NCBI GenBank assembly: GCA_951406725.2
Contig: OX597816.1
Location: 105,214,001 to 105,278,000 of the forward strand
Direction of reading: 5' to 3'
From: Octopus vulgaris
Lineage: Eukaryota
Length of the DNA: 64,000 nt
The position numbers were made by a program, and so were the translations under genes. Position 1 is the stretch's first letter. Each line of letters opens with the position of its first letter. A model generated the notes under the pieces. That model had not been told where the DNA came from and made no database searches. It saw only the letters and a list, made by a program, of their open reading frames with translations. Positions 1-14,143 of this stretch are shown piece by piece.

Positions 1-478
1 TAGCACGTATTTCCTCTCTTAGTCTCAATACTACAACAGACCTGATTTTTTAAGCTTGCCCAACTAACTAAGCTGTTGCTGCTGCTATGAAAAAAGCCAA
101 CTCTGACTGAGCAGACCAACTATCAAAAAGCATTCTAGCTGCGACCATCTGGCTTTGTCTTCATGGCATGGTGTACCCCGATGCACATGCAATTTCTCCT
201 TTTTTATAACATGATAGGGCATGATGATTGAAAGAGCATTTTGCTATTATTTTTTTCAGATCGAACGACTGTATAAAGTATCTCTAGTTGGGGGTTTCCT
301 AGTGTCTTAAGTAAATATTTGAATATCCTTTATCAATACATACAGATAATAGAATTCATTAAACATGTATATACTATGTGATATACATTGCGATATACGC
401 CGGTGACGTTGTTGCTATTTCTATTCATCCCCCTTACCATCGACCTCAGGCAGCTGTTCCTCACTTTCTTTGTCTTCT

Positions 479-482
<4 letters not shown>

Positions 483-568
<86 letters not shown>
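483..568. repeat. (CT)n microsatellite
   Basis: Perfect CT dinucleotide run; it explains the overlapping poly-SL and poly-RE ORFs. Confidence 0.98.
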
Positions 569-570
<2 letters not shown>

Positions 571-1766
571 CTCTTTTTATCTTCTATCATTCTCCTCTAT
601 CATCCATTCGCTTTGGTTCTTTTCACTTGGTTGTATGGGAAAGACAACAACAAACGAATGGAAACAGCACATGTCCACTCTTGAGCCGGTGAACAAATCA
701 CTGGAGCCAACATAGGCTAGAGAGAAATTTAAACTAGTTGGAGACAAGGCAATCTCTTTATTGCTGATACCACGATAAATTTTCTGTTACAAGAAGACCC
801 CTAATCCTTACTAAAAATATATATAAAATTTCAATAACTATTAAGTATGCCAGAGTCCAATTTACTAAGATTTCGTACAACAGTCATTCTTTAAAATTTT
901 CACTAATTTCCTATTGCTGCAAAAACAGTGGCGATACGAAGCCCAAAATACTGCTGAGGTGTGACATGCTAGCAACATAATGAATCTTTGTGATACTGTG
1001 ACGTAACTCGATGCTCTGATATACGGTGATAATATGAATTAGTGCTATATTGCACGAGTTTTTATCATTAGTATAATTATAGTGGCATAATTATTGTCGG
1101 AGGTGGTAGTAGTGGTAGCTGTGGTGATTATCTGCAGATCCACCCTGATCAAGCAAACCTGTAATCAAAAGCTATTCAGCTGTGAACAACGTCTTTTTTC
1201 GGGGTATGTCTTCAATTACGTAATCCAATTTGTCTTCCATGTATTTAAGACAATAGGATTCGATTTTTAGGGGATTTGACAACTATTTCAATCAGGTCGA
1301 GTGAATGTGTAAAGATTTCTTCGTAGGCTCGGAATAGTGACGATGTTATTGATGCTCAGTTCCAGTTTAGTCTTAATACAATAGACCAGACCATTATTTA
1401 AAAACAAACTAACTATAACCATCTTGTTTTTGCTGTCGGGCAAAGTGTATCCAGGGTTGTATTGTCTCATGACTTATTTTTTCAAGAGGGACATTTGGTT
1501 ATTGCCTCAAGCAGTTCGAGCGACTGCGTAGTGGCACCTTCATTGGGTTGTAGTGGTACTGTGATACGCTAAAAGGCTGTAATAGATTATGGTATAGTAA
1601 ATTGAGGTGTTATAAGATGATAACATTGATGCAGGGTCCTACAATAAAGTGATTTGATTGTCAGTATTAAAATGTGTTACGTCGAAGTTTTGTGAAACTC
1701 TGATATAACGCGTTCTGTCCCATCTATGATATAATCTCTAATCGGCTACAAAAATCTGAATCGAGT

Positions 1767-1833
1767 AATTAACACGTATCTAGCATGTAGCTAACATATC
1801 GAGAAATTAACACGTACCTAGCATGTAGCTAAC
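1767..1833. repeat. Short tandem duplication (2 copies, ~38-bp period)
   Basis: AATTAACACGTA(T/C)CTAGCATGTAGCTAAC occurs twice in tandem. Confidence 0.85.
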
Positions 1834-3099
1834 GTATTTATTTCAAAAATTGTTATCTGTCCGTTAGACAGGAAAACTTAAACTTTCAGCAAATAGTACA
1901 AGCCATTTAGATTCATAAACCAGTATTTCATGACCCTTAGTTGACCCAACAAGAAAGCCTTTGTGGTCACTCAACATACTAGAAATGGCAGTCAAAGCTC
2001 CAACAACTGTCTTAAAGGCTGTTTGGAGGGCAATAAAACAATATGCTGATAAAGCATAAGTTTGGCTGCCAATACTAGGAGCATCTGCAGAGCAGAAAAT
2101 TTTATACGTAACACAAATAGTTAGATGACTATTCGCAAGCGAGTACCAGGCGTTCCAAAATATAACCGACCGAAAATTGATTGCAGATGCATTGAGTATA
2201 CCCGTTTACAATACAACGAGTGGTTGGTGAATAGAGTCGTGAAGTATTCTGCCCTGACCAAGCTGACGGTTTCTCACTCGGCTGTGGGTGGCTTTTCTCA
2301 TATTTTGTTTAGCTTTGTTTTTCTTTGTTTTTTTTTTCAATTATATCGTGCTTTATATATTCCTCACTTTATTCTGCGCATTTACTTTACAACAATTTTT
2401 TAACATTTCCATATATTTACAGCACAACGTTTTTGATTCATCTCATTCTTTCTATATAACTGATTTGTTCATCCCTAAACATTTTTGAAACCTTCATGTT
2501 TGAAATTCTCCTTGTATGAATGTAAGAGTCTTTCTTGGCAAATCAAGAAGAAAAGATTATTATTATTAGCAGAATAGTTAGAGTATTGATTTTTAGTCAC
2601 GATTCGTGATGTTTTGAATTCAAATATAAAATAAGCACCGGTGAAATGCGGGAGTCGATTAAACCAACTAATCTCTTCATTCAAATTTCTGGCCTTGAGC
2701 CTGCGTAAGAAATTATGCTGGTGCGAAATATTGACCGAATCCTTAAACCGGCGAACAAAATGCTTTGTAGTATTTCTCCCGGGCAATCTATGCTCTCAGA
2801 ACAATTTCCACCGAGGTGAACTTTGTTTTTCATCTTTCCAGGATCGATAAAAAATAAAGTACCATCAAGCGCTTAGGTTGATGATATCGATTAATCACCT
2901 CACTTCAAAATTGCTGGCTTTGTGTGCCAAATTCAGGAACAATTGTTATTTTATGAAAGCAATTGCACGTTAATTTAATTAGCAGGAATCATCATCTTTC
3001 AAGAATTCCACCTTAGGTTTTGTGCAGAAGACAGGATGGCACTTTTCTGCAGGTTGACAATATGTAACTTATTATTATCATTATCATCATCATCATCAT

Positions 3100-3173
<74 letters not shown>

Positions 3174-3385
3174 GGCGGTGAGCTGGCAGAATCGCTAGCT
3201 TGCTGGACGAAATGCTTAGCGGTATTTCGCCCGTCGCTACGTTCGTAGATCAAGTTCCGCCGAGGTCGACTTTGCCTTTCATTCTTTCGGTGTCGATGAA
3301 TTAAGTACCAGCTGCGTACTGGGAGTCGATCTAACGACTGCCCCGTTCCCGCAGTATTTCAGGCCTTGTGCCTATAGTAGAAAGG

Positions 3386-3442
<57 letters not shown>

Positions 3443-3514
3443 TGCATTTGTGTTATCCCCTCATCCTTCGCTCTGGTGGCAAATAAAAGAAATCATCATC
3501 ATCATTATTATTAA

Positions 3515-3575
<61 letters not shown>

Positions 3576-3995
3576 GCGGCGAGCTGGCAGAATCTTTAGC
3601 ACGCCGGGCGAAATACTTAGCGGTATTTCGTCCGTCTTCACGTTCTGAGTTCAAATTCTGCCGAGGTCGACTTTGCCTTTCATCGATTTGGGGTCGATGA
3701 AATAAGTAACAGTCAAGTACTGGGGTTGATGTAATCGACTAACCTCCTCTCCAAATTTCAGGCCTTTTGCCTATAGTAGAAAAAATTATTACTAAGGCGG
3801 CGAGCTGGCAAGAGCGTTAGCACACCGTGCAAAACGCTTAGCGGTAATTCATCTATCTTCACCGAGGTTGACTTTTCCTTTCATCTTTTCGGGGTCGATG
3901 AAATAAGTACCAGCTGAGCACTGGGGTCGATGTGATCGACTAACCCTCTCCCCACAAATTCCAGGCATTGTGCCTATAGTAGAAAGAAATATTAA

Positions 3996-4057
<62 letters not shown>

Positions 4058-4235
4058 GGGCGGCATGCGGGTAATGCTTAGCGACATTTGGTCCGTCTTC
4101 ACGTTCTGAGTTCAAATTCTGCCGAGGTCAACTTTCGGGGTCGATAAAATATATACCAGTTGAGCACTGAGGTCGGTGTAATCGACTTCACCCGACCCCC
4201 GCAATTACTAGCTTAGTATCAAAATTTGAAACCAT
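3174..4235 (+). mobile_element. Cluster of four head-to-tail tRNA-derived SINEs with a Deu/Nin-like core, separated by (ATT)n
   Basis: Repeated GGCGGCGAGCTGGCAGAA..GTTAGCAC head, GTTCAAATTC B-box-like motif and core GCCTTTCATCCTTTCGGGGTCGATAAAATAAGTACCAG. Copies start at ~3174, 3576, 3796 and 4058. Confidence 0.9.
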
Positions 4236-4289
4236 TATCATTTTGCTAGTGCATGCTAATTTAGTTAGCAGATATTTTATCTTGAGATT

Positions 4290-5575
4290 TGGCGACAAGT
4301 CTCCTCAAATCTAAAGAATCTTTCATACGATTCTTGCAAAATATAGGATGGTATTTTTCTGCAGATGGACAATGCGAGTTTCAATTCCAATCTCATTTTT
4401 AATCATTTAAGTAGCATTTTGAGTGTTGTGCCCAGTGCACCTATTACTACGGGAATAATGGTTGTCTTGGTCCTCCACAGTCTCCTCAGCTCTCTGGCTG
4501 AATCCTGATATTTTTAAATTTTCGCAATTTCTTTGGTATTGACTCTGCTATTGTAGGAAATTGCAAAATCAATGATCTTGCACTGTTTATTTTGCTCTCT
4601 AAAATCACGTCTGGTTTTCTCGCTTTAATAATATGTTCAGTATTATGGCGATGTCCCACAAGATTTTGTAATTCTTATTTTCTGTCACAGCCTCTGGTTT
4701 GTGGTCATACTGCTTTTCTGTTGTTTTGAAGCCACTCACTCGGCTAACATCCCGTGCCTGCACAGTCATGCCTGCATTTATACTCCTTTTGTACTAGTAC
4801 ACTGCACTCACTCAAAATGTGATTGATACTCACGTCTTCTTTCCTACAGATTCTACAATTGCTGTCTGACTGAGTTTTGTCGATCTTTACCTTTATCAGA
4901 TTTCTTCTAAAGGCTTATTCCTGAGCGGCTATAGTTAACGTTTCTGTTTCTCTTTTAAGTTTCCCTCCGTCAACCAAAGCCAGCAGCCTTCATTTCCGAC
5001 ATTCTCAGTTTGCTGCATGAATTGGCCATGCAGTTCATTATTTTCCATTTGTTATTCCATTGTCCTTCCTTTTCTCTCTAAATTCTTCCATAATTTTAAC
5101 TCCTTTTCGGGTGCCTCTCAATGCCGAAAGTATTCTTTCTTTATTCAGCACAACATAATTTTTCTGACCCAGTATTATAACACTAGCATTGTCTCCCGCA
5201 CTCAGTCATCCTCCACCACCCTCTTGGCTGAAAGAGTCGGTTGATATTACTTTTTAGGATGGAATGCGTTTTGCATTGTTGGTAGTTTTCTGGTTCTTCT
5301 ATCCAAGTTCTGCAGCTAGGTCTTTGTCCATTTTAGAAAGAGAGCAGAATATCTCAATACAGGCGTAGTCCATATATTTATGGCTTCAATGATGCTCTCG
5401 CCAGTTTTGTTTCGATCATCTTCCTAATTCTCCTCTTGCTCTCTTTAATTACTTTCCCCCTCATTTCTTATTTCCATGGTCTTATCGTCTTGCACCACTC
5501 CTAAGTATTTGTATCCCTCATTTTTCAGCAGTGACCGAATGATTTTGTCTTGTGGCTATTTTATGCTATCAGAAG
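4290..5575 (-). mobile_element. Decayed R4/Dong-like non-LTR retrotransposon (RT C-terminus, zinc knuckle, restriction-like endonuclease)
   Basis: Minus-strand translation gives GYKYLGV, NCRICRKEDVSINHILSECSVL..EYK.RHD, KILWD, RKPDV and KIIDFAI, with stops and frameshifts. Confidence 0.85.
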
Positions 5576-6464
5576 TGGTATAAAAATTATTATTATTATT
5601 GGTATTGTTGTTGTTATTGTTGTTGTTGCTGCATCTGCTGCTGCTGCTATTGTTGTTATCTATTCTGCACATAACATGCACTGCAGGACATTCCCCACAT
5701 CTGTAGACTGAAGAAAACTACGATGATGGCACTTTAGAAAAATTTCGCTCCCTCCAACGTTTCTTAGTAGTATTTTGTGTGTGTATGTGTGTATGTGTGC
5801 ATGTGTGTATGTATTGTGCGTTTATCCATGTGTGACGACATAGACATTGATAAGAAGATTAGACTTTCAGCTTGCAATTGTGAGGATTCAATACATACGG
5901 CGTGGCATCTTGGGTCAATGCATCTAACATAACCTCTAGTCGAGGACCCTGGATAGTACCTTCTACTATAGCTCCGGGCTGACCAATGCCTCGTGAATAA
6001 AACTGCGTGGAAAGCTGTCGTGTATATACATGTGTGCGCTTGCGCGCGCGCGCATGTGTATCATTTGTATTGTGTATAATCTATTTACATATGAAGTACA
6101 TATACACACATACATATATATAATGCATCTATGCATGTGCGTGTGTGGGTGTGAGAAATCAACAATAAATATTCTTATGAGAAAATAAATGGACACCTGT
6201 GTTTACTTAAGTTTGTTTTTCTTTTATTTGTAGTGAACGACAAGGAATGTCACGTAGCGACACTTCAATTCTATTTCATTCTATTTCGTTTAACAAATAT
6301 GATAAGAAAATCGGGAACTTCAACTAAAGTTGTATTTTGTGGGGTATGTTGTTTGTGTTTCAGATGTTTGGTTTTTGAGGAGGTTTTGTTGTATTTTTGT
6401 TGTTGATGACACGTTGATGTAAATTATCTATTTTTTAACCGTGCATGTGTGTGCTTGTATAGTA

Positions 6465-6533
<69 letters not shown>

Positions 6534-7143
6534 GTATGTACGTACGTGTGTATACACTACAGAGGAAAACATTTGTAAACACCAAAAGGTGACGATTTAT
6601 GATGATATATTACTCAGTAGTACTCGTGGCACAGTACAAGAGCAAAATAAAAACGCTGATAAAATGCATTAGTCACTAACAAAAACATGCGACAAATCTA
6701 AAGGCTAGAAATAAAACTCTGGCGTTAATGATAACAATCACGTTAGATCAACTGTCGATAGAGAGACACAAACATATGCAACACCACTTCATCCAGAAGA
6801 CTAAAGCTCTGGAAATATATATAATGAATTTGGAAATTTTGCTGTCCAAAATAACCTCCAAAAGTCTCGTATTGAAAATTAACAGTGACGTTTTCAATAC
6901 AACATATGGCAAATGGTCTGAGGTTTCAGACACAGTCTACATATTTTCAATGCGTCTTCAAGCTATCTTGGGGAATCATAAGGTCAATGGAACCAGAGTT
7001 TTTCATCCGATCCAATTTAGTGTCGGGAATGACTCTCTTACTTTTCACCACTTCGCCGGCACTCAAAAACAGAATTTTCCTTCTAGATTGTTTGTTTGGT
7101 TTCCAAACCCAGGCGAGCCACTTAATTATATTGCTCATATAGT

Positions 7144-7439
7144 TGTAGACGTAGTAGTATTCACTGCTAGGGGCATATATTAACGAAAACTAAAGTAGTC
7201 GCACAGTACGCCAGACTCTAACCCGGAGTTCTTAATTATAGCAAGATATTCGTTGTCTTTACGTTGAATATATTCATCTTTTAAACAGGTATTGCTTTTG
7301 CCCTGCTGGGTTTCTACCAAGCCCCAAACTCCTCTCCAGGGAAACCAGGCAAAGGAGCCGACAATCCGACCATACAACAGGATGTACCACAATTGATGAT
7401 ACCAGTAGCGCTTATATGAGACCTTACATAAATATAACA
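7144..7439 (-). mobile_element. Possible solo LTR next to (TA)n
   Basis: A ~295-bp higher-GC segment bounded by TG...CA and abutting a TA microsatellite. No PBS or PPT was seen. Confidence 0.3.
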
Positions 7440-7467
7440 TATAATTATATATATATATGCATGTATG

Positions 7468-7546
<79 letters not shown>

Positions 7547-7732
7547 TATATACTTAAATTAATCTTTACCGAGGTTGATAAACCCGTTATTAATACATAT
7601 ATATATGCATATACATACGCATACATATATATATATATACATATATATATACATACATATGCATACATATATATATATATACATATATATAAGAAAAAAG
7701 GTTTGAAAATGCAATTTAAACGATGTTTATTT

Positions 7733-7773
7733 ACTTAACCGGTTTCACTCTTTGGTAAAAGATTGTCAAAAGT
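7733..7773 (-). ncRNA. Degenerate minimal hammerhead-like motif (Penelope-like pLTR)
   Basis: Minus strand reads ACTT-TTGACAA-TCTTT(TACC)AAAGA-GT-GAAA-CCGG-TT-AAGT. Stems I and II pair and stem III is the palindrome AACCGGTT, but the core deviates from CUGANGA. Confidence 0.55.
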
Positions 7774-7814
7774 TACATTTAAGGAAACATTGAATAATAT
7801 GGGTTCAAAAAAAG

Positions 7815-7930
7815 TTTTTTACATAATTGTCACATTGAATATTATGCATTCAAAAAGTTTTTACATAATTGTCACATTGGATATTATGAATTCAAAAATG
7901 TTTTTTTATACATAATTGTCACATTACATG
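7815..7930. repeat. Minisatellite, ~3 copies of a ~42-45-bp unit
   Basis: TTTTACATAATTGTCACATTG(A/G)ATATTATG repeated; a further partial copy lies near 8057. Confidence 0.85.
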
Positions 7931-8351
7931 TATAAATATAGTGTTTGGTAACAGAGAAGTTCAATAGTGTGATGAGAATATTTGGGAAAATTTGGCAGAA
8001 AAGGATAAAACAAATATATTATTGGGAATTGGTTGCGTTAATTATTGGTTGTCGCAAATTGTCACATTACATGTATATATATACAATCTTTGGTATATAT
8101 ATACAGCCTTTTGACAGCAAAAATTAAAATGGATTTTTTATACATCTCAGAATATTTTAAGTACAAGGCGAGAATATGTTTTTACTGACCTGTCGGTATT
8201 AGCAGAAAGGCTGAACTGAGAGAACAGAGGAAGTAGCCAATGTGGTGTATACTTCCCCTTTATGCATGAATGATTTTGGGGTTATCAGGAGGTTAGTATG
8301 CGGGTGTGAATAGATGTGTCCGTGCCTGCTGGTCAGATAGCGTCTGTTTGT

Positions 8352-8352
8352 C

Positions 8353-8383
<31 letters not shown>

Positions 8384-8558
8384 ACACACACACACACACA
8401 TAGTAAACAAACACACACCACATACAAACAACACACACACACACACAGAACACACACACCCACACACAACGCACCCACATATATCACATATACACACAGC
8501 ACACAAATATATATATCTATATATAACATACACAGATATATAACACGCATACACACAC

Positions 8559-8595
<37 letters not shown>

Positions 8596-8955
8596 CACAC
8601 GCACACATACATACATAATATAAATATCACACAAATACACCTAGCATATATATACACACATACAATACACACATACAGCATGTAAGCAATATACATACAC
8701 AATATATGCATGCAATATACATACGCAGTACATACATATAATATATATATATAGACAATGCATATACATATATACACATATACATATAAATAGTGTTTAC
8801 ATACACATACATAGATGTACCACATATACACACAATACACATATATATACATATATAGATATACACATATATACATATACATATATGCATATACATGCTA
8901 CATATATATATATGTATATATGCATGTATATATATATATGCATATGCATATATAC

Positions 8956-8986
<31 letters not shown>

Positions 8987-9025
8987 CATATATATACTTA
9001 TACATATATATACATATTCATATAC

Positions 9026-9062
<37 letters not shown>

Positions 9063-9165
9063 CATACATACATACATACATCTATATATATATATGTATA
9101 TAGATAGATAGGTAGATAGATAGACAGACAGACAGATAGACAGATAGACAGACTGACAGACAGAC

Positions 9166-9250
<85 letters not shown>
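8352..9250. repeat. Compound microsatellite block (CA, TA, TACA, TAGA)
   Basis: Continuous low-complexity repeats. Confidence 0.97.
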
Positions 9251-9251
<1 letters not shown>

Positions 9252-9325
9252 TTTAGAGACAGGTATTCTCTGTATATAATACACTTCGTAGTGCTCAGGG
9301 GATTTAAACTTGGGCAGGTAAAGGA

Positions 9326-9554
9326 TAAATGTAAGGACAAGCAAGCTAGGCAAGTCGATAAACAAAAATTATGAAATACATTTAATGCAAAAAATGTACA
9401 TATGTTTACATATAAAAATTTACACAGAACAGAAATGATATCATAAATTGATGGGGTTCAATAAGAGTTTTATATGTAACCATATGTACATGTCAAATGT
9501 ATTTCCTAATTTTTTTGTATATCGACTTGCCTAATTTGGCTGTTCTTACATTTA
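9326..9554. repeat. Foldback inverted repeat (~90-bp arms, ~50-bp spacer)
   Basis: TAAATGTAAG..TAGGCAAGTCGATA..GAAATACATTT..ATGTACATATG is mirrored by CATATGTACAT..AAATGTATTTC..TATCGACTTGCCTA..CTTACATTTA. Confidence 0.85.
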
Positions 9555-9598
9555 CTCATATATATACATATATATATATATATGTATATATATATATT

Positions 9599-9666
<68 letters not shown>

Positions 9667-9687
9667 AATTTTTCATATATATATACA

Positions 9688-9846
9688 TGACGGGCTTCTT
9701 TCAGTTTCCGTCTACCAAATCCACTCACAAGGCTTTGGTCGGCCCGAGGCTATAGAGGAAGACACTTGCCCAAGGTGTCACGCAGTGGGACTGAACCCGG
9801 AACCATGTGGTTGGTAAGCAAGCTACTTAACACACAGCCACTCCAT
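9688..9846 (-). mobile_element. tRNA-derived CORE-type SINE (5' part)
   Basis: Minus strand has TGGCTGTGTG..GGTTCAGTCCC and CCTTGGGCAAGTGTCTT (CORE-like). Same family as 18106, 21585, 36944 and 42510. Confidence 0.85.
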
Positions 9847-9847
9847 G

Positions 9848-9914
<67 letters not shown>

Positions 9915-10024
9915 ATGCATACATATAAGCACCCTATTTATAAATTGTGTGTATGTGTATATATATATACATACACATACATATATGCACACACACACAC
10001 ATACACATATATATACTCATACGC

Positions 10025-10119
<95 letters not shown>

Positions 10120-10147
10120 TGTGTGCGCATGTATGCATGTATGTATA

Positions 10148-10978
10148 CCATTATTCAGTTTTATTTCAAGATTTTTTGCCACTATAGAAAGAACCGGTTT
10201 CTAACCTAGATTCAAGGCTGCTTCACTGGAATTTCGATAACATCAACAGGGTATGTATGTATGTATGTATGTATGTATGTATGTATGTATGTATGTATGT
10301 ATGTATGTATGTATGTATGTATGTATGTATGTATGTGCAGATTTGTGTGTTTTATGTGTATATTCTTATGCATATAGTCGCATATCTAAACATGTTCATA
10401 TATATTTAAATGGTAATCTTCTGAGAAGTTTTACAGATTTTTACAATTCTAAACATGGATTGGATCTGTAGTCTTCGAATTAGCTCTCTCCTTTCCGGTT
10501 TTGAGAAGCCTATTTTCTCAAGATTGGTATTTAGGCAGTGTGTTACATATCCCAGGGTCCCAATAATTACAGGTATAAACCTGAACTTGTAATCTGGATA
10601 GAGTAACTTCAGATTTCTCTATAGTTCAGCATAGGTGTTTTCTTTCTAACTGATCTCCAGCTTTATGTTAACATCCGCTGGGCAGTTAATTTCCTCAACT
10701 ATGTACAGTTTCTCTTCTCGATCCCAAATCATTATATCAGGTCTGTTGTGCTTACATTTTATTGAGGTCTTCACTGGGACACTCCACTAGTATTCCTTTT
10801 TATTATGAGCGGCTATGACTTCTCCTATATTTCTTTCTCCTCGGGATTATCCTTCCGACGAATTTCCTTATAGAGCGTCCTAGCTACAACATCATGTCTT
10901 ATCGGTGGATAATACCGTGATGACATTTTCGAACAACTACTTATGATGTGGGTGATATCTTCAGGGTAACTCCACAAA
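10148..10978 (-). mobile_element. R4-like RLE non-LTR retrotransposon 3' fragment interrupted by (TATG)n
   Basis: Translation gives HIISSCSKMSSRYY..RHDVVA, HNRPDIMIWD, EINCPADVNI and FIPVIIGTLG. Confidence 0.85.
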
Positions 10979-11070
10979 GTATGTATGTATGTATGTATGT
11001 ATGTATGTATGTATGTATGTATGTATGTATGTATGTATGTATGTATGCATGCATGCATGTATGTATGTAT

Positions 11071-11588
11071 GTACTCTTTCACTTCCGGGGCGATTTCGTT
11101 TCGCCTAGCCTTGTGATATTCTGTGTTTTTAGACACTATACGTCTTTAAAGGGATCAATATAGGCAGAAGTACGACAGCTTTACAGCATTTAAAAACTTA
11201 CATTAAATATGTCATTGATAACGTTCACATTATTTAAGCTGCTTCTAACAAAGATTCGAGTTTTGTTTTCCTTATGTGATGCATCTGTACATTAGCAAAT
11301 AGCTTTCACGCTATTTGTATATCTGACCGGAGCAGATCGTTTCGGTGATGGATGATTGTGTGTGGCACTGAGGCGCTGAAATCACAGCGAAATATCAATG
11401 TGTCACTCTCTTTCCCTTTCAGAGCAACTTCATTTCGCCTAGCTTTGAAGCACGCTGTGGATTTAAACACAATGCGTCTTTAAAAAGATCTAACCAGGAC
11501 TAAGTAATGCAGCTTCACAGTATTTAACAACGCATGTACATTAAGTCATACTGATAACATTTACATTATCTAAACTGCTTCCAACAAA
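11071..11588. repeat. Diverged direct duplication (~185-bp units at ~11071 and ~11405)
   Basis: Colinear motifs TTTCGCCTAGC, CGTCTTTAAA, CAGCTT.ACAG.ATTTAA, TGATAAC.TT.ACATTAT and CTGCTTC.AACAAA occur in both units. Confidence 0.75.
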
Positions 11589-11646
11589 TATTCAACACAC
11601 ACACAGACACACACATACGCACGCACGCAGACACACAGACAGACAA

Positions 11647-11739
<93 letters not shown>

Positions 11740-11881
11740 CGAATGAGGGATGGAAAGTGTCTGACTTTAAGGGATCGCGAAAGGCTTTGCTGGAGACCCA
11801 ACCATCCGAGTTCTTTTAAAAGGCTTCGGAAAACTGAAGGAGCGGTGCAATTAGTGTGTATATATATATATATATATATAT

Positions 11882-12021
11882 GAAAGTTGTAGAAAAACAA
11901 AAGATGAAGACAGGTGTATGAACAACAAGCAAATGTATTAGTTTGACGCTCGGGAAAAGGAAAAAGTATTTTATATTTCGAACCCCTACTCTTCAACAGA
12001 AAGGAATAGGAGAAAATAAAC

Positions 12022-12025
<4 letters not shown>
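11882..12025 (-). mobile_element. Penelope-like pLTR fragment with decayed hammerhead, between (TA)n tracts
   Basis: Minus strand reads TTT-CTGTTGA-AGAGTAGGGGTTC-GAAA-TA-TA-AAA, followed by GAGCGTCAAACTAATAC; homologous to 37540-37696. Confidence 0.55.
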
Positions 12026-12104
<79 letters not shown>

Positions 12105-12125
12105 ATGTTATGTTATATATATCTA

Positions 12126-12193
<68 letters not shown>

Positions 12194-12582
12194 TTGAGCT
12201 TTATGTTTTCTCTTATATTTCTTGAGTTTGTTGCAAACATGAAATGCATATTCTGCATTAAATGCGAAATCACATGTGATATGTAACTGAATTCTTTTTT
12301 AAAATGATGTGTTTTGAAGTTTTGCATTCGGTAAAATTTTGTTTATTTTAGTAGTTTTGACCGCATTGGTCCCTCTTAGCGTGTTGGTATCTACGAATAG
12401 TAGTACCCTCAATATAATATAAATGAATATTTTCAAAGAGGAAGATTTTACGGATTTTTTCTCTTACGAGGTTTTTCACGCTGACTACTGATAATTTCTT
12501 TTAAAGATTTTATCCTCAATTGTTAATTAATACATACATACATACATACATACATACATACATACATACATACATACATACA

Positions 12583-12614
<32 letters not shown>

Positions 12615-12849
12615 CAGAAACCCCACGACTGTTTTATATGTCCAATTTTCGAACGAAATTTAAGGAACGAACCAGTGATCTGTTTTCAAGAGTATTCAGA
12701 TAACAATAAGCTTTTCATCAGGTGCATAAGTAAGAGAGATTTAAAATGAATTTTAAAAGGTATTTCATGCCAGCAGATGTAAAGATATAAATCAGCCAAT
12801 TAAATAACAAAGTAATAACGCTGTACAATTCATTTAAGTTATTTAAGAC

Positions 12850-13566
<717 letters not shown>

Positions 13567-14143
13567 GTGGGTGAGTAATTGTCTATTGCAAAGTGTTCCA
13601 TACCTCAATGTAGGTTTCATACAAATATCAAGAATTTTTATTTGGGCTACGTAAAATAAAAATATCAGGCCATGCTACTACGTACAGATAAAAATAAAGT
13701 TCTTGTTATAGTCGTCGGAGGTATTATAAAAAGTGTTGAGCGTGGCTTTAAATAGTTTATTAACAGAAAGCCACTACCTCGGTACATAATTAACAATGAA
13801 TTATTCATAGATTTTCAGTAACCCCAAACATCAAAATATCTTCAAAAACATATTCCATATTTTCGTTGTACCATTTGGAGAAACCATTGAACAATGTGTC
13901 ATATAAACTTACTCTATAACAACGTATAAGTCGCTCAGTTATTGCTCTTCTCTCGAGAAATGGCTGCACAAGTCTCCCACATATCGCATCCCGTCCTCTT
14001 AAAATTATGAAGGTCGCATTGTAAAATGTAGTCCATTGTACACAGTCAGAATCTAAACGGTAATATCGAAGCTAGGGTTCTTTTGATCATGTGTCTACTG
14101 GATCAGGACTAAACTTCTACAAATCAACCACGACATTATAAAA

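Noticed and set aside
5640-5710. Possible second exon of the 15461 gene after TTTTCTTCAG (minus)
   Set aside because: No convincing donor; the frames either stop quickly or run into triplet repeats.
7815-7930. CRISPR-like periodic repeat
   Set aside because: Units are contiguous without unique spacers; eukaryotic context with no cas genes.
12672-12727. Minus-strand CTGATGA...GAAA match
   Set aside because: No stem I complementarity and no palindromic stem III.
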